A DNA stretch of 64,000 bases from Labedaea sp. (lineage in GTDB: Bacteria; Actinomycetota; Actinomycetes; Mycobacteriales; Pseudonocardiaceae): positions 2,656 through 66,655 of the forward strand of contig JBJMIG010000059.1 in NCBI GenBank assembly GCA_045806965.1. The letters run 5' to 3'. This document shows positions 1 to 8,911 of the stretch, piece after piece. Within the stretch, counting starts at the first letter, position 1, and each line of letters opens with the position of its first letter. Both the position numbers and the translations under genes were made by a program. Under the pieces are notes generated by a model. It was not told where the DNA came from, searched no databases, and worked only from the letters and a program-made list of their open reading frames with translations.

Positions 1-207
1 GGCCCGGCGAAACTCCCCGTCGGTGGCGGAGCGCAGGCCGACCTCGCGCTGCATGGCGACCACGTCGGAGATCGCCTCGTCCTCGACTTTCTTCAGCGCT
101 TCCGCGGTGATCCGTCCGGCCGCCCGGTCCGCCCGCGCGGCGTGCAGCGCGGCCGGTCGCAGCAGGCTGCCGACGTGGTCGGCACGGAACGGCGGGTTCT
201 CTCGCAT
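1..207 (-). CDS. cobalamin-independent methionine synthase II family protein (short MetE-like), 5' fragment truncated by the window edge
   Basis: Minus-strand ATG at 207, 5 nt after the pobA stop. Translation is MRENPPFRADHVGSLLRPAALHAARADRAAGRITAEALKKVEDEAISDVVAMQREVGLRSATDGEFRR, which fits the conserved N-terminus (PFRADHVGSLLRP ... TDGEFRR) of this family. High GC3. Confidence 0.7.
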   Translation of the reverse strand, partial: MRENPPFRADHVGSLLRPAALHAARADRAAGRITAEALKKVEDEAISDVVAMQREVGLRSATDGEFRRA

Positions 208-211
208 GGGG

Positions 212-1384
212 TCACGCTCCCTTGGGCAGTGGCAGTCCGACGTAGTTCTCGGCGAACGAGGTGGCCGCGGCGGTGGACGAGACCAGGTAGCGCAGCTGGG
301 CGAGCTGCACCCGGCGGGCGAACGGGTCGCCGTCCGGCGGCCGGTGCAGCATCGAGGTCATCCACCAGGAGAAGTGCTGTACTCGCCAGACCCGGCGCAG
401 GCACGTGTCGGAGTAGCCGTCCAGCCCGTCGGTGCGGCCGGTGCGGTACCACTCGTCGATCGCGCGGGCCAGCACCCAGACGTCGGCCACGGCGAGGTTG
501 AGTCCCTTGGCGCCGGTGGCCGGGACGATGTGCGCCGAGTCGCCGGCCAGGAACAGCTTGTCGTGGCGCATCGGCTCGACCACGTGGCTACGCAGCGCGG
601 TGATGCCCTTGTCCAGGATGGGACCGTCGGCCAGTTCGAAGCCGTCGTCGCGGGCCAGCCGGGCGCGCAGCTCCGCCCAGATCCGCTCATCCGGCCAGGC
701 CTCCAGCCGCTCGTCCGGCGCGACCTGTAGGTACAGCCGGGTGATCCGGGGAGTGCGCATGCTGTGCAGCGCGAAGCCGCGGTCGTGGCAGCTGTAGATC
801 AGCTCCTCGGCCGATGGCGGCGCCTCGGCCAGGATCCCGAGCCAGGAGAACGGGTACTCGTGGTCGTACGCGGTGACCGCGCCGGCCGCGACGGTGGTCC
901 GGCCGACCCCGTGGAACCCGTCGCAGCCGGCCACCAGGTCGGCGGCCAGCTCCTCGGTCTGTCCGTCGTGCTGGAACCTGACGGTCGCGGTGGCCGGGTC
1001 GATGGCGCTCGCCGATGCCTCGAACAGCACCGGCCCGCCGGCGGCCAGGCGGGCCGCGACCAGGTCCTTGACCAGTTCGTGCTGCGCGTAGATGGTCAGC
1101 TCGCGGCCGGTGAGGTCGGTCAGCGCGATCCGGTGCCCGACCCCGTCGAAGAGGAGTTCCAGGCCACTGTGGACCAACCGTTCGCGGCGCAACCGGTCGG
1201 CCAGGCCGACCTCGTCGAGCAGGTCGACCGTGCCCTGCTCGAGGACGCCGGCCCGGATGCGCCGCTCGATGTGGTCGCGGGACTGCCGTTCGAGCACCAC
1301 CGAGTCGATCCCGCGCAGGTGCAACAGGTGGGCGAGCAGCAGCCCGGCCGGACCGGCCCCGACGATCGCCACCTGGGTGCGCAT
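212..1384 (-). CDS. pobA: 4-hydroxybenzoate 3-monooxygenase
   Basis: 390 aa. FAD fold MRTQVAIVGAGPAGLLL and the GDSAHIVPATGAKGLNLAVADV motif typical of PHBH. The 516-aa track ORF is an upstream over-extension. ATG at 1384 overlaps the stop of the ABC ATPase (ATGA). Confidence 0.9.
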   Translation of the reverse strand: MRTQVAIVGAGPAGLLLAHLLHLRGIDSVVLERQSRDHIERRIRAGVLEQGTVDLLDEVGLADRLRRERLVHSGLELLFDGVGHRIALTDLTGRELTIYAQHELVKDLVAARLAAGGPVLFEASASAIDPATATVRFQHDGQTEELAADLVAGCDGFHGVGRTTVAAGAVTAYDHEYPFSWLGILAEAPPSAEELIYSCHDRGFALHSMRTPRITRLYLQVAPDERLEAWPDERIWAELRARLARDDGFELADGPILDKGITALRSHVVEPMRHDKLFLAGDSAHIVPATGAKGLNLAVADVWVLARAIDEWYRTGRTDGLDGYSDTCLRRVWRVQHFSWWMTSMLHRPPDGDPFARRVQLAQLRYLVSSTAAATSFAENYVGLPLPKGA

Positions 1385-2157
1385 CAGGTCCGCTCCAACT
1401 TGGCCTTCTGGATCTGGGCGTAGATCTGACCGCGCAGCTCGGTGAACCGCGGGTCGCCGCGGGTGGTCAGCTGGTCGCGCTCGTCCGGCAGGTTGATCTC
1501 CAGGTCGTCGGCGATCCTGGTGGGCGCGTGGGAGAGCACGATCACCCGCTGTCCCAGGTAGACGGACTCGTCGATGTCGTGGGTGACGAACAGGATGGTC
1601 ATCTCGAAGCGCCGCCACACCTGGCGGACCAGATCCTCGAGGTCCGCCCTGGTCTGCGCGTCCACCGCGGCGAACGGCTCGTCCATCAGCAGGACCCTTG
1701 GTTGGTAGGCGATGGCCCTGGCGATCGCCACCCGCTGCTGCATGCCGCCGGAGAGCTGCCACGGGTAGGCGGTGCGCGCGTCGGCCAGCCCGACCGCGGC
1801 CAGCGCCTCGGACACCTGCCGGCTACGTTGCGGCCCTGGCACCCCGGCCGCGCGCAACGGCAGCTCGACGTTCTGCGCCACCCGCAGCCACGGGAACAGG
1901 CTCCGGCCGTACTCCTGGAACACCACGGCGAGGTCCTTCGGCGGCCCCGCAACGGGTACGTCGTCGACCAGCACCGTGCCGGAGGTCGGCGGCAGCAGCC
2001 CGGCGATGCAGCGCAACAGCGTCGTCTTGCCGCAGCCGGACGGGCCGACGACGCAGGCGAACCGGCCGGGCGCCACGTCGAAGGTCAGGTCGCCGACCGC
2101 CTCGACGCGCCTGCCGTGGCCGTCGTAGACCTTGTGCAACCCACGAACCGAGAGCAT
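1384..2157 (-). CDS. ABC transporter ATP-binding protein, NitT/TauT (nitrate/sulfonate/bicarbonate) type
   Basis: Walker A GPSGCGKTT, signature LSGGMQQRV, Walker B LLMDEPF. Confidence 0.9.
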   Translation of the reverse strand: MLSVRGLHKVYDGHGRRVEAVGDLTFDVAPGRFACVVGPSGCGKTTLLRCIAGLLPPTSGTVLVDDVPVAGPPKDLAVVFQEYGRSLFPWLRVAQNVELPLRAAGVPGPQRSRQVSEALAAVGLADARTAYPWQLSGGMQQRVAIARAIAYQPRVLLMDEPFAAVDAQTRADLEDLVRQVWRRFEMTILFVTHDIDESVYLGQRVIVLSHAPTRIADDLEINLPDERDQLTTRGDPRFTELRGQIYAQIQKAKLERT

Positions 2158-2982
2158 CTACCGCTGCCTCTCCTGCCTGCGCACCCCGTGGTACCAGCCG
2201 AGTACCCGATGCTCCACCATCCGGAACAGCAGCGAGAGCAGCACGCCGAGCAGGCCGAGCAGCAGCACCCCGCTCCACATCTCGGGAATCTCGAAGCCGC
2301 GCTGGAACTGCACGACGGTGAAGCCGAGTCCGCTGCTCGCGGCGAACATCTCGCTGATCACCATGAGGATGATCCCGATGGACAGCGCCTGCCGCGCCCC
2401 GGTCATGATCTGCGGGCTCGCCGAACGCAGGATCAGGTGCCACAACCGAAACCGGCCGCCGATCCGGTAGCTGCGGCAGGTGTCGGCCAGCACCGCGTCG
2501 ATCGCCCGCACCCCTTCGACCGTGTTCAGCAGCACCGGCCAGACACAGCCGGAGACGATCACCAGAATCTTCATGCTGTCCCCGATGCCGGCGAACAGCA
2601 TCAGTATGGGTACCAGGACCGGCGGCGGAATGGCCCGGAGGAACTCCAACACCGGTTCGATCACCGCGCGCAGCACCTGACGCCGCCCGATCGCGACGCC
2701 CAGGCCGATCCCGACGGCCACCGCGATCAGGTAGCCGAGCAGCAACCGGACCACGCTCGGCAGCACATCGGTGCCGAGCCGGGGGCCGAACCAGGTGTCG
2801 CCGAACGCGGTCAGGATGTTGCGCAGCGACGGCAGGTAGAAGTTCGTGCTGCCATCGCTGGCGAACCACCAGACCAGCAGCAGCACCGCCGGCAGGCCGA
2901 GCACCAGCGCGCCTCGGTAGGCGACCCGCACCGCGACGGCCGTTCCCGGTGCCCGACCGGCCGGTTCGTTCGCGGCCGTCAT
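2158..2982 (-). CDS. ABC transporter permease (NitT/TauT type)
   Basis: Multi-TM protein with a BPD-transport-like core. Abuts the ATPase gene, and its ATG overlaps the upstream permease stop (ATGA). Confidence 0.85.
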   Translation of the reverse strand: MTAANEPAGRAPGTAVAVRVAYRGALVLGLPAVLLLVWWFASDGSTNFYLPSLRNILTAFGDTWFGPRLGTDVLPSVVRLLLGYLIAVAVGIGLGVAIGRRQVLRAVIEPVLEFLRAIPPPVLVPILMLFAGIGDSMKILVIVSGCVWPVLLNTVEGVRAIDAVLADTCRSYRIGGRFRLWHLILRSASPQIMTGARQALSIGIILMVISEMFAASSGLGFTVVQFQRGFEIPEMWSGVLLLGLLGVLLSLLFRMVEHRVLGWYHGVRRQERQR

Positions 2983-3758
2983 CAGACCGGCACCTCCTGG
3001 CGCACCGACGGATGCCAGGCCATGATCTGCCGCTCGGTGGTCCTGGTCGCCAGGTTCGCCAGCACTCCGATCAAGCCGGTCACCAACACCAGCGCGTACA
3101 TCGCCGGCACCGCGCCGCTGGACTGCGCCACCGCGATCTCCTTGCCAAGCCCGGGCGAGCCGATCACCAGCTCACCCGTGATGGTCAGGATCAGCGCGAC
3201 CGAGGCGGCCAGCCGGAAACCGGTGAGCGCGTAGGGCAACGCGGTCGGCCAGATCAGGTAGCGCACCGTCGGCCAGCGGCCGAGCCGGTAGGCCGCCGCG
3301 GTGTCCCTGGCCACCGGGTCCACGTCGGCGACCCCGTGCAACACCTGCACAAGCACCTGCCAGAACGACGCGTACACCACGAGCAGCAACGTTGACCGGA
3401 TGGTCGAGCCGTAGAGCAACACGGCCAACGGGATCAACGCCACCGACGGGATCGGCCGGAGGAACTCGACGGTCGACGCGGTGAGCGAGCGCAGCACCGG
3501 CACCGAGCCGATCAGCACGCCGAGCACGAGCCCGGCGCCGGCCGCGATCACCAGCCCCAGCGCCCAGGTGCGCAGCGTGTCGAGCAGCGCCGTCCAGAAG
3601 CGGCCGTCGCCAAGCTCCTTGGTGACGGCGACCAGAATCCGGTGCGTCGGTGGGGCGTCGTCCGTCGACACCAGGCCGAGGTAGGGCAGCACCTCCAGCA
3701 GCAGCCCGAAGCCGACCAGCCCGGTGAGGCCGTACAGCGCACGCGAGCCCGGCCTCAC
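2982..3758 (-). CDS. ABC transporter permease (NitT/TauT type)
   Basis: Paralogous multi-TM permease in the same operon. Confidence 0.85.
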   Translation of the reverse strand: MRPGSRALYGLTGLVGFGLLLEVLPYLGLVSTDDAPPTHRILVAVTKELGDGRFWTALLDTLRTWALGLVIAAGAGLVLGVLIGSVPVLRSLTASTVEFLRPIPSVALIPLAVLLYGSTIRSTLLLVVYASFWQVLVQVLHGVADVDPVARDTAAAYRLGRWPTVRYLIWPTALPYALTGFRLAASVALILTITGELVIGSPGLGKEIAVAQSSGAVPAMYALVLVTGLIGVLANLATRTTERQIMAWHPSVRQEVPV

Positions 3759-3795
3759 CGCACCTCCAGGCTCGCCGGGCCGGCTGGTCCGATCA

Positions 3796-4755
3796 TCATG
3801 GCAAGAGGGCGTTGAGATCGGCGGGCTTGCTCAGCAGACCGTCCTTCACCGCGAGATCGGACAGCGTCTGCACGGACGCCTTGTTGATGTCCGCCGGCCA
3901 CTTCGGCAGTGTCACCTTGGCGATCACGTCGGCGGTGATCTGGGTGTAGGTGCCGATGATCTGCCTGGCCTCGTCGGCGTGCGCGTCCGCGTAGGCCAGC
4001 GACTCCTTCATCGCCTCGGTGAACCGCTTGGCCAGGTCCGGGTTCTGGCCGAGCAGCTGGGTCGAGGTGAAGTAGGCGGCGACGGTCAGGTTGTCCGCGG
4101 CGTCCACGTAACTCGAGGCGATCTTGCGGCCGCCCTGGGCGAGCACCTGCTGCTGGAACGGCTCGACCACGAACACCGCGTCCACCTGCCCGGACTGCAA
4201 CGCGGCCGGCTGCTGCGGGAAGCCGAGCTCGACGAACTTCACCGCGGCCGGGTCGCCGCCGTCCTTGCGCACCGAGGCGCGCACGGAGGTGTCCACGATG
4301 TTCTTCAGCGTGTTCGCCGCCACCGTCTTTCCGGCCAGGTCCTTCGGTGTCTTGATTGGACTGTCCGCCTTGACCATCAGCGCGGCGAAGTCGTTGCCGT
4401 CCTGGCCGGTCGAGTTGTTCCCGTTGCACACGACCTTGATCGGCACGTTGCGGGACTGGGCGAGCAGCAGCGAGACCATGTTGCTGAAGCCGAACTGGTA
4501 CTGGCCGCTCACCACGGCCGGCACGATCGCCGCCCCGCCCTGCGCCAGTTCGAGCTTCAGGTTGATGTTGCGCTTGCTGAAGAAGCCCTTCTGGTTGCCA
4601 AGGTAGATCGGGGCCACATCGAGGATCGGGATCACCCCGACCGTCACGTTGTCCGGCTGGCCCGGGTTGGACGGGGCCCCCGCCCGGGTCGAACCGCAGG
4701 CGGAGGTGGCTAACAGGGTCGTCGCGAACAGGAGCGCAGCGAGGTTGCGTCGCAT
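3796..4755 (-). CDS. ABC transporter substrate-binding lipoprotein (NMT1/SsuA-like)
   Basis: Start moved to ATG 4755, which gives the lipoprotein signal MRRNLAALLFATTLLATSAC. The rest resembles sulfonate/nitrate-type binding proteins. Confidence 0.8.
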   Translation of the reverse strand: MRRNLAALLFATTLLATSACGSTRAGAPSNPGQPDNVTVGVIPILDVAPIYLGNQKGFFSKRNINLKLELAQGGAAIVPAVVSGQYQFGFSNMVSLLLAQSRNVPIKVVCNGNNSTGQDGNDFAALMVKADSPIKTPKDLAGKTVAANTLKNIVDTSVRASVRKDGGDPAAVKFVELGFPQQPAALQSGQVDAVFVVEPFQQQVLAQGGRKIASSYVDAADNLTVAAYFTSTQLLGQNPDLAKRFTEAMKESLAYADAHADEARQIIGTYTQITADVIAKVTLPKWPADINKASVQTLSDLAVKDGLLSKPADLNALLP

Positions 4756-4775
4756 CGTCGGGACTCCATCCAATT

Positions 4776-4790
4776 GTTCGCACAGCGCAC
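4776..4790. promoter_or_regulatory. candidate operator box 1, GTTCGCACAGCGCAC
   Basis: Imperfect dyad GTnCGC-N3-GCGnAC, 21 nt upstream of the binding-protein start codon. 14/15 identical to box 2. Confidence 0.5.
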
Positions 4791-4806
4791 GGATGTTCAG
4801 CAAATG

Positions 4807-4835
4807 AACGTAGGACTCCAGGCTGGCACCGTCAA
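4807..4835 (-). promoter_or_regulatory. candidate promoter of the ABC-pobA operon
   Basis: On the minus strand: TTGACG (complement of 4830-4835), 17 nt, TACGTT (complement of 4807-4812). Back-to-back with the pcaI -35 inside the palindrome GTCAACCTTGAC. Confidence 0.55.
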
Positions 4836-4837
4836 CC

Positions 4838-4866
4838 TTGACGCACAAGAATGGTCTCCCTACAGT
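4838..4866 (+). promoter_or_regulatory. candidate housekeeping-type promoter of pcaIJHGDCR
   Basis: TTGACG (4838-4843), exactly 17 nt, TACAGT (4861-4866). 44 nt upstream of the pcaI ATG. Confidence 0.6.
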
Positions 4867-4883
4867 GCGATTGAAGAACTTTC

Positions 4884-4898
4884 GTTCGCATAGCGCAC
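4884..4898. promoter_or_regulatory. candidate operator box 2, GTTCGCATAGCGCAC
   Basis: Same 15-mer with one mismatch, 12 nt upstream of the pcaI ATG and downstream of the predicted -10. Confidence 0.5.
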
Positions 4899-4909
4899 AC
4901 GGAGGGGCG

Positions 4910-5725
4910 ATGGCCGAGCTGGTCGAACTGGCCGACGGCATCGCGTCGCTGGTTCGCGACGGCGACACGGTGGCGCTGGAAGGGTTCACCCACCTGATCC
5001 CGATGCTGGCCGGCCAGGAGATCATCCGCGCCGGCCGGCGCGACCTCACCCTGGTCCGGATGACCCCGGACCTGATCTACGACCAGCTGATCGGAGCCGG
5101 TTGTGCGCGCAAGCTGGTGTTCTCCTGGGGCGGCAACCCCGGCGTCGGCTCGCTGCACCGGTTGCGTGACGCGGTACAGCACGACTGGCCGGCGCCGCTG
5201 GAGATCGAGGAGCACAGCCACGCCGGCATGGCCAACCGGTACGTGGCCGGCGCGTCCGGGCTGCCGTTCGCGGTCCTGCGCGGCTACGCCGGGACGGATC
5301 TGGTGGCGCACACCGACAACCTCGCGACCGTCACCTGCCCGTTCACCGGCGAGGTGTTGACCGCGGTGCCGGCGCTGCGCCCGGACGTCACGGTGATCCA
5401 CGCGCAGCGTGCCGACCGGCAGGGCAACGTCCAGCTCTGGGGTCTCACGGGAGTGCAGAAGGAGGCGGTGCTCGCCGCGCACCGGTCGCTGGTCACCGTT
5501 GAGGAGGTGGTCGACGAGCTCGATCCGCGTCCGAACGCGACCGTGCTGCCGGGTTGGGTGGTGACCGCGGTGGCCGTGGTCCCCGGCGGTGCCCGGCCGT
5601 CCTACGCGCAGGACTACTACGACCGGGACAACGACGCCTACCGCGAGTGGGACGCGATCAGCCGCGACCGCGACACGTTCTCCGCGTGGTTGCGCGCAAG
5701 TGTGCTGGACTCCGCCCGGTCATGA
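4910..5725 (+). CDS. pcaI: 3-oxoadipate:succinyl-CoA transferase subunit A
   Basis: ATG 4910 preceded by GGAGG. CoA-transferase family I alpha subunit (MAELVELADGIASLVRDGDTVALEGF...). Stop overlaps the pcaJ start (ATGA). Confidence 0.85.
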   Translation: MAELVELADGIASLVRDGDTVALEGFTHLIPMLAGQEIIRAGRRDLTLVRMTPDLIYDQLIGAGCARKLVFSWGGNPGVGSLHRLRDAVQHDWPAPLEIEEHSHAGMANRYVAGASGLPFAVLRGYAGTDLVAHTDNLATVTCPFTGEVLTAVPALRPDVTVIHAQRADRQGNVQLWGLTGVQKEAVLAAHRSLVTVEEVVDELDPRPNATVLPGWVVTAVAVVPGGARPSYAQDYYDRDNDAYREWDAISRDRDTFSAWLRASVLDSARS

Positions 5726-6492
5726 GCGAGCGGGCCACTACGCACTCGGCGGAGGAGATGATGACGGTGACGGCCGCCAGGGCCCTCGCCGGGCACACGT
5801 CCTGCTTCGTCGGCATCGGACTGCCGAGCACGGCGGCGAACCTGGCCCGCCGGCTGCACGCGCCGGACCTGGTGCTGATCTACGAGTCCGGCGCGATCGG
5901 CGCCAAACCGACCCGGCTGCCACTGTCCATAGGGGACGGTGAGCTGGCGGAGACCGCCGACGCGGTGATCACCGTGCCCGAGGTGTTCAACTACTGGCTT
6001 CAGCCCGGCCGGATCGACGTCGGCTTTCTGTCCGCCGCGCAGCTCGACCGGTACGGCAACCTGAACACCACCACGATCGGTCCGGACTACCGGCGCCCGG
6101 ACGTGCGGCTGCCCGGCGCGGGCGGTGCGCCGGAGATCGCCGCGTCCTGCCGGGAGGTGTTCCTGATGATCCGGCACAGCCGCAGGGCGTTCGTGGACAA
6201 GGTGGACTTCGTCACCTCGGTCGGTCACGGCAACGGACCTGGCAGCCGGGAGCGGCTCGGCCTCCGCGGCCGCGGACCGGTGCTGCTGGTCACCGACATC
6301 GGTGTGCTGGAACCCGATCCGGACAGCTGCGAGCTCACCCTGACCAAGCTGCACCCGGGCCGCACCCTCGCCGAGGCGCGCGCGGCGACCGGGTGGGACC
6401 TCGCCGTCGTCGACCCGTTGCCCCGGACCGAGCCGCCCACCCGCACTGAGTTGGAAGTGTTGCGGGCACTCGTGAAAGGAAGTTCGCCATGA
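5722..6492 (+). CDS. pcaJ: 3-oxoadipate:succinyl-CoA transferase subunit B
   Basis: CoA-transferase beta subunit (IGLPSTAANLARRLHAPDLVLIYESG). Coupled to pcaI and pcaH by 4-nt overlaps. Confidence 0.85.
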   Translation: MSERATTHSAEEMMTVTAARALAGHTSCFVGIGLPSTAANLARRLHAPDLVLIYESGAIGAKPTRLPLSIGDGELAETADAVITVPEVFNYWLQPGRIDVGFLSAAQLDRYGNLNTTTIGPDYRRPDVRLPGAGGAPEIAASCREVFLMIRHSRRAFVDKVDFVTSVGHGNGPGSRERLGLRGRGPVLLVTDIGVLEPDPDSCELTLTKLHPGRTLAEARAATGWDLAVVDPLPRTEPPTRTELEVLRALVKGSSP

Positions 6493-7196
6493 CCGACCTC
6501 GTGCTGCCCGGCTACCGGCGGCCGGGTGCGGACGTGCATCCGCTACTGCTCAGCCCGGACTACCGCTCGACGGTGCTGCGCGCGCCCGCGATGCCACCGC
6601 TGCCGCTGCCGCACACGCTGACCGAGATCACCGGCCCGGTGTTCGGCGAGGGGCGGGTGACCGCACGCGACGCCGATCTGACCAAGCAGGGCAACGGTGA
6701 CCCGCTCGGCGAGCGGATCATCGTGCACGGACGGGTGCTCGACGGGGACGGCCGGCCGGTGCCGAACACGCTGCTCGAGGTGTGGCAGGCCAACTCGGCC
6801 GGGCGCTACACCCATCAGTCCGACCAGCACCCGGCGCCACTTGACCCGAACTTCCCCGGCGTCGGCCGGTGCCTGACCGACTCCGACGGCTGGTATCGGA
6901 TCGTCACGATCAAGCCGGGCGCCTACCCGTGGCGCAACCACGACAACGCCTGGCGGGCGGCGCACATCCACTTCTCCCTGTTCGGCCGGGCGTTCGCTCA
7001 GCGGCTGGTCACCCAGATGTACTTCCCCGGCGACCCGCTGTTCTACCAGGACCCGATCTTCAACGCCGTGCCCGAGGTGGCCCGGCCGCGGCTGATCTCC
7101 CGGTTCGACCTGACCCGGACGGTTCCGGAATGGGCGCTCGGCTACCGCTTCGACATCGTGCTGCGCGGGCGCGAGTCCACCCCCATGGAGTCCTGA
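6489..7196 (+). CDS. pcaH: protocatechuate 3,4-dioxygenase beta subunit
   Basis: Intradiol dioxygenase motifs (LLEVWQANSAGRY, YPWRNHDNAWRAAHIHFSLF). Confidence 0.92.
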   Translation: MTDLVLPGYRRPGADVHPLLLSPDYRSTVLRAPAMPPLPLPHTLTEITGPVFGEGRVTARDADLTKQGNGDPLGERIIVHGRVLDGDGRPVPNTLLEVWQANSAGRYTHQSDQHPAPLDPNFPGVGRCLTDSDGWYRIVTIKPGAYPWRNHDNAWRAAHIHFSLFGRAFAQRLVTQMYFPGDPLFYQDPIFNAVPEVARPRLISRFDLTRTVPEWALGYRFDIVLRGRESTPMES

Positions 7197-7750
7197 TGAG
7201 CCTCGGGTTGACGCCGTCGCAGACGGTCGGGCCGTTCTTCTCGCATGCCCTGGTCTGGCCGGACGGCCCGTACGTGGTGCCGGAAGGTACGGCCGGTGCG
7301 TTCTGGCTCGGCGGTCTGGTGCTCGACGGCGCGGGCGCGCCGGTGCCGGACGCGATGGTGGAGAGCTGGCAAGCGGATCCGGAGGGGCGCTTCGCGCACC
7401 CGGACGACCCGCGCGGTGCGGGCCTGTCGTTTCGCGGCTTCGGGCGCTGTCCGACGGATGCGGCCGGCCGGTGGGCGATCCTGACCGTCAAGCCGGGTCG
7501 GGTGCCCGACCAGCGCGGGCAGCCGCAGGCGCCGCACCTCGACCTGTCGGTGTTCGCTCGCGGCCTGCTCGATCGGGTGGTGACCAGGGTGTACCTGCCG
7601 GACGAGACGGCCGCGAACGCGACCGATCCCGTCCTGTCCACAGTGGACCAGGCGCGCCGGGCGAGCCTGGTCGCCGTGCCGGACGGGGCCGGGCTGCGGT
7701 TCGACATCCGGTTGCAGGGCGCCGGGGAGACGGTCTTCTTCAACGTCTGA
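7196..7750 (+). CDS. pcaG: protocatechuate 3,4-dioxygenase alpha subunit
   Basis: Starts MSLGLTPSQTVGPFF at an ATG overlapping the pcaH stop (TGATG). The 293-aa track ORF is over-extended. Confidence 0.9.
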   Translation: MSLGLTPSQTVGPFFSHALVWPDGPYVVPEGTAGAFWLGGLVLDGAGAPVPDAMVESWQADPEGRFAHPDDPRGAGLSFRGFGRCPTDAAGRWAILTVKPGRVPDQRGQPQAPHLDLSVFARGLLDRVVTRVYLPDETAANATDPVLSTVDQARRASLVAVPDGAGLRFDIRLQGAGETVFFNV

Positions 7751-7763
7751 GAAGGGCTCGCCG

Positions 7764-8534
7764 ATGACCGTCACGCTCGCCTGCACGATGGACGGACCGC
7801 GGGACGCGCCGGTGCTCGTGCTCGGCAACTCCCTCGGCACCACCACGGCGATGTGGGAGCCGCAGCTGCCGGCCCTGGCGCGGCGGTTCCGGGTGGTGCG
7901 CTACGACCACCGGGGACACGGCCGCTCGCCGGTGCCGGACGGACCGTACCGGCTCGAGTGGCTCGGCGCGGATCTGCTCGCCCTGCTCGATTCCTTGGGG
8001 CAGCGCCGGGTACACCTGGCCGGGCTGTCCCTCGGCGGCATGGTGACCATGTGGCTGGCCGCGCACGCCCCGGAGCGGGTGGACCGGATCGCGCTGCTGT
8101 GCACCTCGGCCCTGCTCGGTCCGCCGCAGATGTGGGAGCAGCGCGCGGAGACCGTGCGCACCCGGGGCGTCGAGGCGATCAGCGACGTCATGGTCGGCCG
8201 CTGGTTCACCCCGGAGTTCGCCGTGACCAAGCCGGATCTCGTTGACTGGGCGCGCAAGCAGCTCACCGCGACCCCGGCGGCCGGGTACGCGGGCTGCTGC
8301 GCGGCGATCCAGACCATGGACCTGATCGCCGACCTCGACAAGATCACCGCGCCGGCGCTGGTGATCGCCGGAGCGCGGGATCCGGCGACGCCGCCGGAAC
8401 ACGCCGAACGGATCGCGACCGGGATCGCGGGCGCCCGGCTGGAGATCGTGCCCGATGCCGCACACCTGGCCAACATCGAGCAGCCGGCGGCGGTAACCCG
8501 CCTGCTGCTCGAGCACTTCGGAGGTGAGCAATGA
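7764..8534 (+). CDS. pcaD: 3-oxoadipate enol-lactonase (alpha/beta hydrolase)
   Basis: Alpha/beta hydrolase with nucleophile elbow GLSLGG. Sits between pcaG and pcaC. Confidence 0.85.
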   Translation: MTVTLACTMDGPRDAPVLVLGNSLGTTTAMWEPQLPALARRFRVVRYDHRGHGRSPVPDGPYRLEWLGADLLALLDSLGQRRVHLAGLSLGGMVTMWLAAHAPERVDRIALLCTSALLGPPQMWEQRAETVRTRGVEAISDVMVGRWFTPEFAVTKPDLVDWARKQLTATPAAGYAGCCAAIQTMDLIADLDKITAPALVIAGARDPATPPEHAERIATGIAGARLEIVPDAAHLANIEQPAAVTRLLLEHFGGEQ

Positions 8535-8911
8535 CCGAGCTGGACCGGGTCGGCGAGAACGTGCGCCGGGCGGTGCTCGGCGACGAGCACGTGGACAACG
8601 CGATCGCCACCGCGACGCCGTTCACCGCGCCGTTCCACGAGTACGTCACGCGCAGCGCCTGGGCGCAGGTATGGTCTCGGTCCGAACTGGACAGACGAAC
8701 CCGCAGCCTGCTCACCCTGGCCCTGCTCACCGCGCTGCGGGCCGAAACCGAGCTGGAGATGCACGTGCGGGTGGCGGTTCGGCTCGGGGTGAGCCCGGTG
8801 GAGATCAGGGAGACGCTGCTGCACACCGCGGTCTACGCCGGCGCGCCGGCGGCCAACGCGGCGTTCGCCGTCGCGGCGAGGGTGCTCGCCGAGCTCGGTG
8901 TGTCCACATGA
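8531..8911 (+). CDS. pcaC: 4-carboxymuconolactone decarboxylase
   Basis: 126-aa carboxymuconolactone decarboxylase fold (RSELDRRTRSLLTLALLTAL ... LLHTAVYAGAP). ATGA overlap with pcaD. Confidence 0.85.
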   Translation: MTELDRVGENVRRAVLGDEHVDNAIATATPFTAPFHEYVTRSAWAQVWSRSELDRRTRSLLTLALLTALRAETELEMHVRVAVRLGVSPVEIRETLLHTAVYAGAPAANAAFAVAARVLAELGVST

